Below, in pieces: positions 63,652-64,000 of a stretch of DNA of 64,000 bases (positions are counted from its first letter, which is position 1; each line of letters opens with the position of its first letter). The position numbers and the translations under genes were made by a program. The notes under the pieces were generated by a model. That model worked only from the letters and a program-made list of their open reading frames with translations, was not told the DNA's origin and searched no databases. Source of the DNA: Candidatus Caldarchaeum sp. (GTDB lineage: Archaea > Thermoproteota > Nitrososphaeria_A > Caldarchaeales > Caldarchaeaceae); NCBI GenBank assembly GCA_038740895.1, contig JAVYLK010000002.1:29842-93841 (forward strand), given 5' to 3'.

Positions 63652-63993
63652 AAAACTCTCCATCGCTTCAACGGTGTTGATTCCGACTTTCTTTAAAACC
63701 CTCAGCCTTCGGTGGTAGGTGTCGTCAACCCTGTACCCGTAGCCGGCAAGCTGTTTGTACAGCTTGGCCGTGTTCTTCATTCCCTCCCTGTCGAAGTCCA
63801 GAAGAAGAATCACACGGGTTGTTGGCGGAACCCTTTCCAGCTCGGTGCGTAAACGACTCTGAAGAATTATCCTTCCCACGAACCCCATCTTCCTAAGCGC
63901 CCTCATGTCCCTAACCCCCTCCACCAGAACAACCGTCTCTTCGTCTGACTCGTCCACAAGCCTCTTCAAAGTCTTTCTAACTTCCTCGTACAC
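63637..63993 (-). CDS. Small Toprim-domain protein (UPF0292 / RNase M5-like)
   Basis: VVLVEGVRDMRALRKMG...VILLLDFDREG Toprim motifs. 118 aa. Confidence 0.7.
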   Translation of the reverse strand: MYEEVRKTLKRLVDESDEETVVLVEGVRDMRALRKMGFVGRIILQSRLRTELERVPPTTRVILLLDFDREGMKNTAKLYKQLAGYGYRVDDTYHRRLRVLKKVGINTVEAMESFLTAL

Positions 63994-64000
63994 CTCCTCC

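Noticed and set aside
1-64000. CRISPR arrays, IS elements, integrases, prophage or defence islands
   Set aside because: I found no regularly spaced direct repeats, transposase/integrase-like translations, or clusters of nuclease/ATPase genes of defence type. The tRNA genes are not flanked by integrase genes or duplicated tRNA 3' halves.

Overview
Gene-dense archaeal chromosomal core region, roughly 58-60% GC by eye. Many genes have 4-nt start/stop overlaps, and TATA-like boxes sit about 25-30 nt upstream of many start codons, which suggests largely leaderless mRNAs. The marker set points to a TACK/Thermoproteota-like archaeon: RFC large and small subunits, archaeal DnaG, Pelota, aIF2-beta, aIF6, L31e, S26e, prefoldin alpha, FtsY, CarS, Nob1, topoisomerase IA and a tRNA intron at a non-canonical position. 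Content falls into five groups. (1) Replication, translation and RNA-processing genes. (2) A grpE-dnaK-dnaJ locus. (3) Isoprenoid/lipid genes: class II-type HMG-CoA reductase, CarS and a CDP-alcohol phosphatidyltransferase. (4) Two ABC importers, phnDCE-like and a ZnuABC/TroA-like metal system. (5) A large block of acyl-CoA and amino-acid metabolism: fused 3-hydroxyacyl-CoA dehydrogenase/crotonase, a second crotonase, an acyl-CoA dehydrogenase, PaaK-like ligase, two ornithine-cyclodeaminase paralogs, FAH, an HMGL-like synthase, an orphan E1-alpha and a SerA-like dehydrogenase. There are three tRNA genes: Met/Ile2-CAT, Gly-TCC with a 27-nt BHB intron, and Phe-GAA. I saw no CRISPR array, transposase, integrase, prophage or recognisable defence island. 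The most interesting items are listed here. Two ORF-free, highly structured intergenic regions next to tRNA genes are candidate unclassified ncRNAs. An overlapping four-gene operon links FAH, an HMGL-like enzyme, an orphan TPP E1-alpha and a ParB/Srx-fold protein that may be a free serine kinase. phnC and phnE share one frame, separated by a single TGA, and the first phnE helix has no canonical start codon. An HTH-helical-bundle regulator sits beside a perfect palindromic operator candidate. A tandem-ThyX protein is translationally coupled to queD-queC. Several small operons have unknown function. All functional calls come from reading motifs in the supplied translations, and no database search was run.
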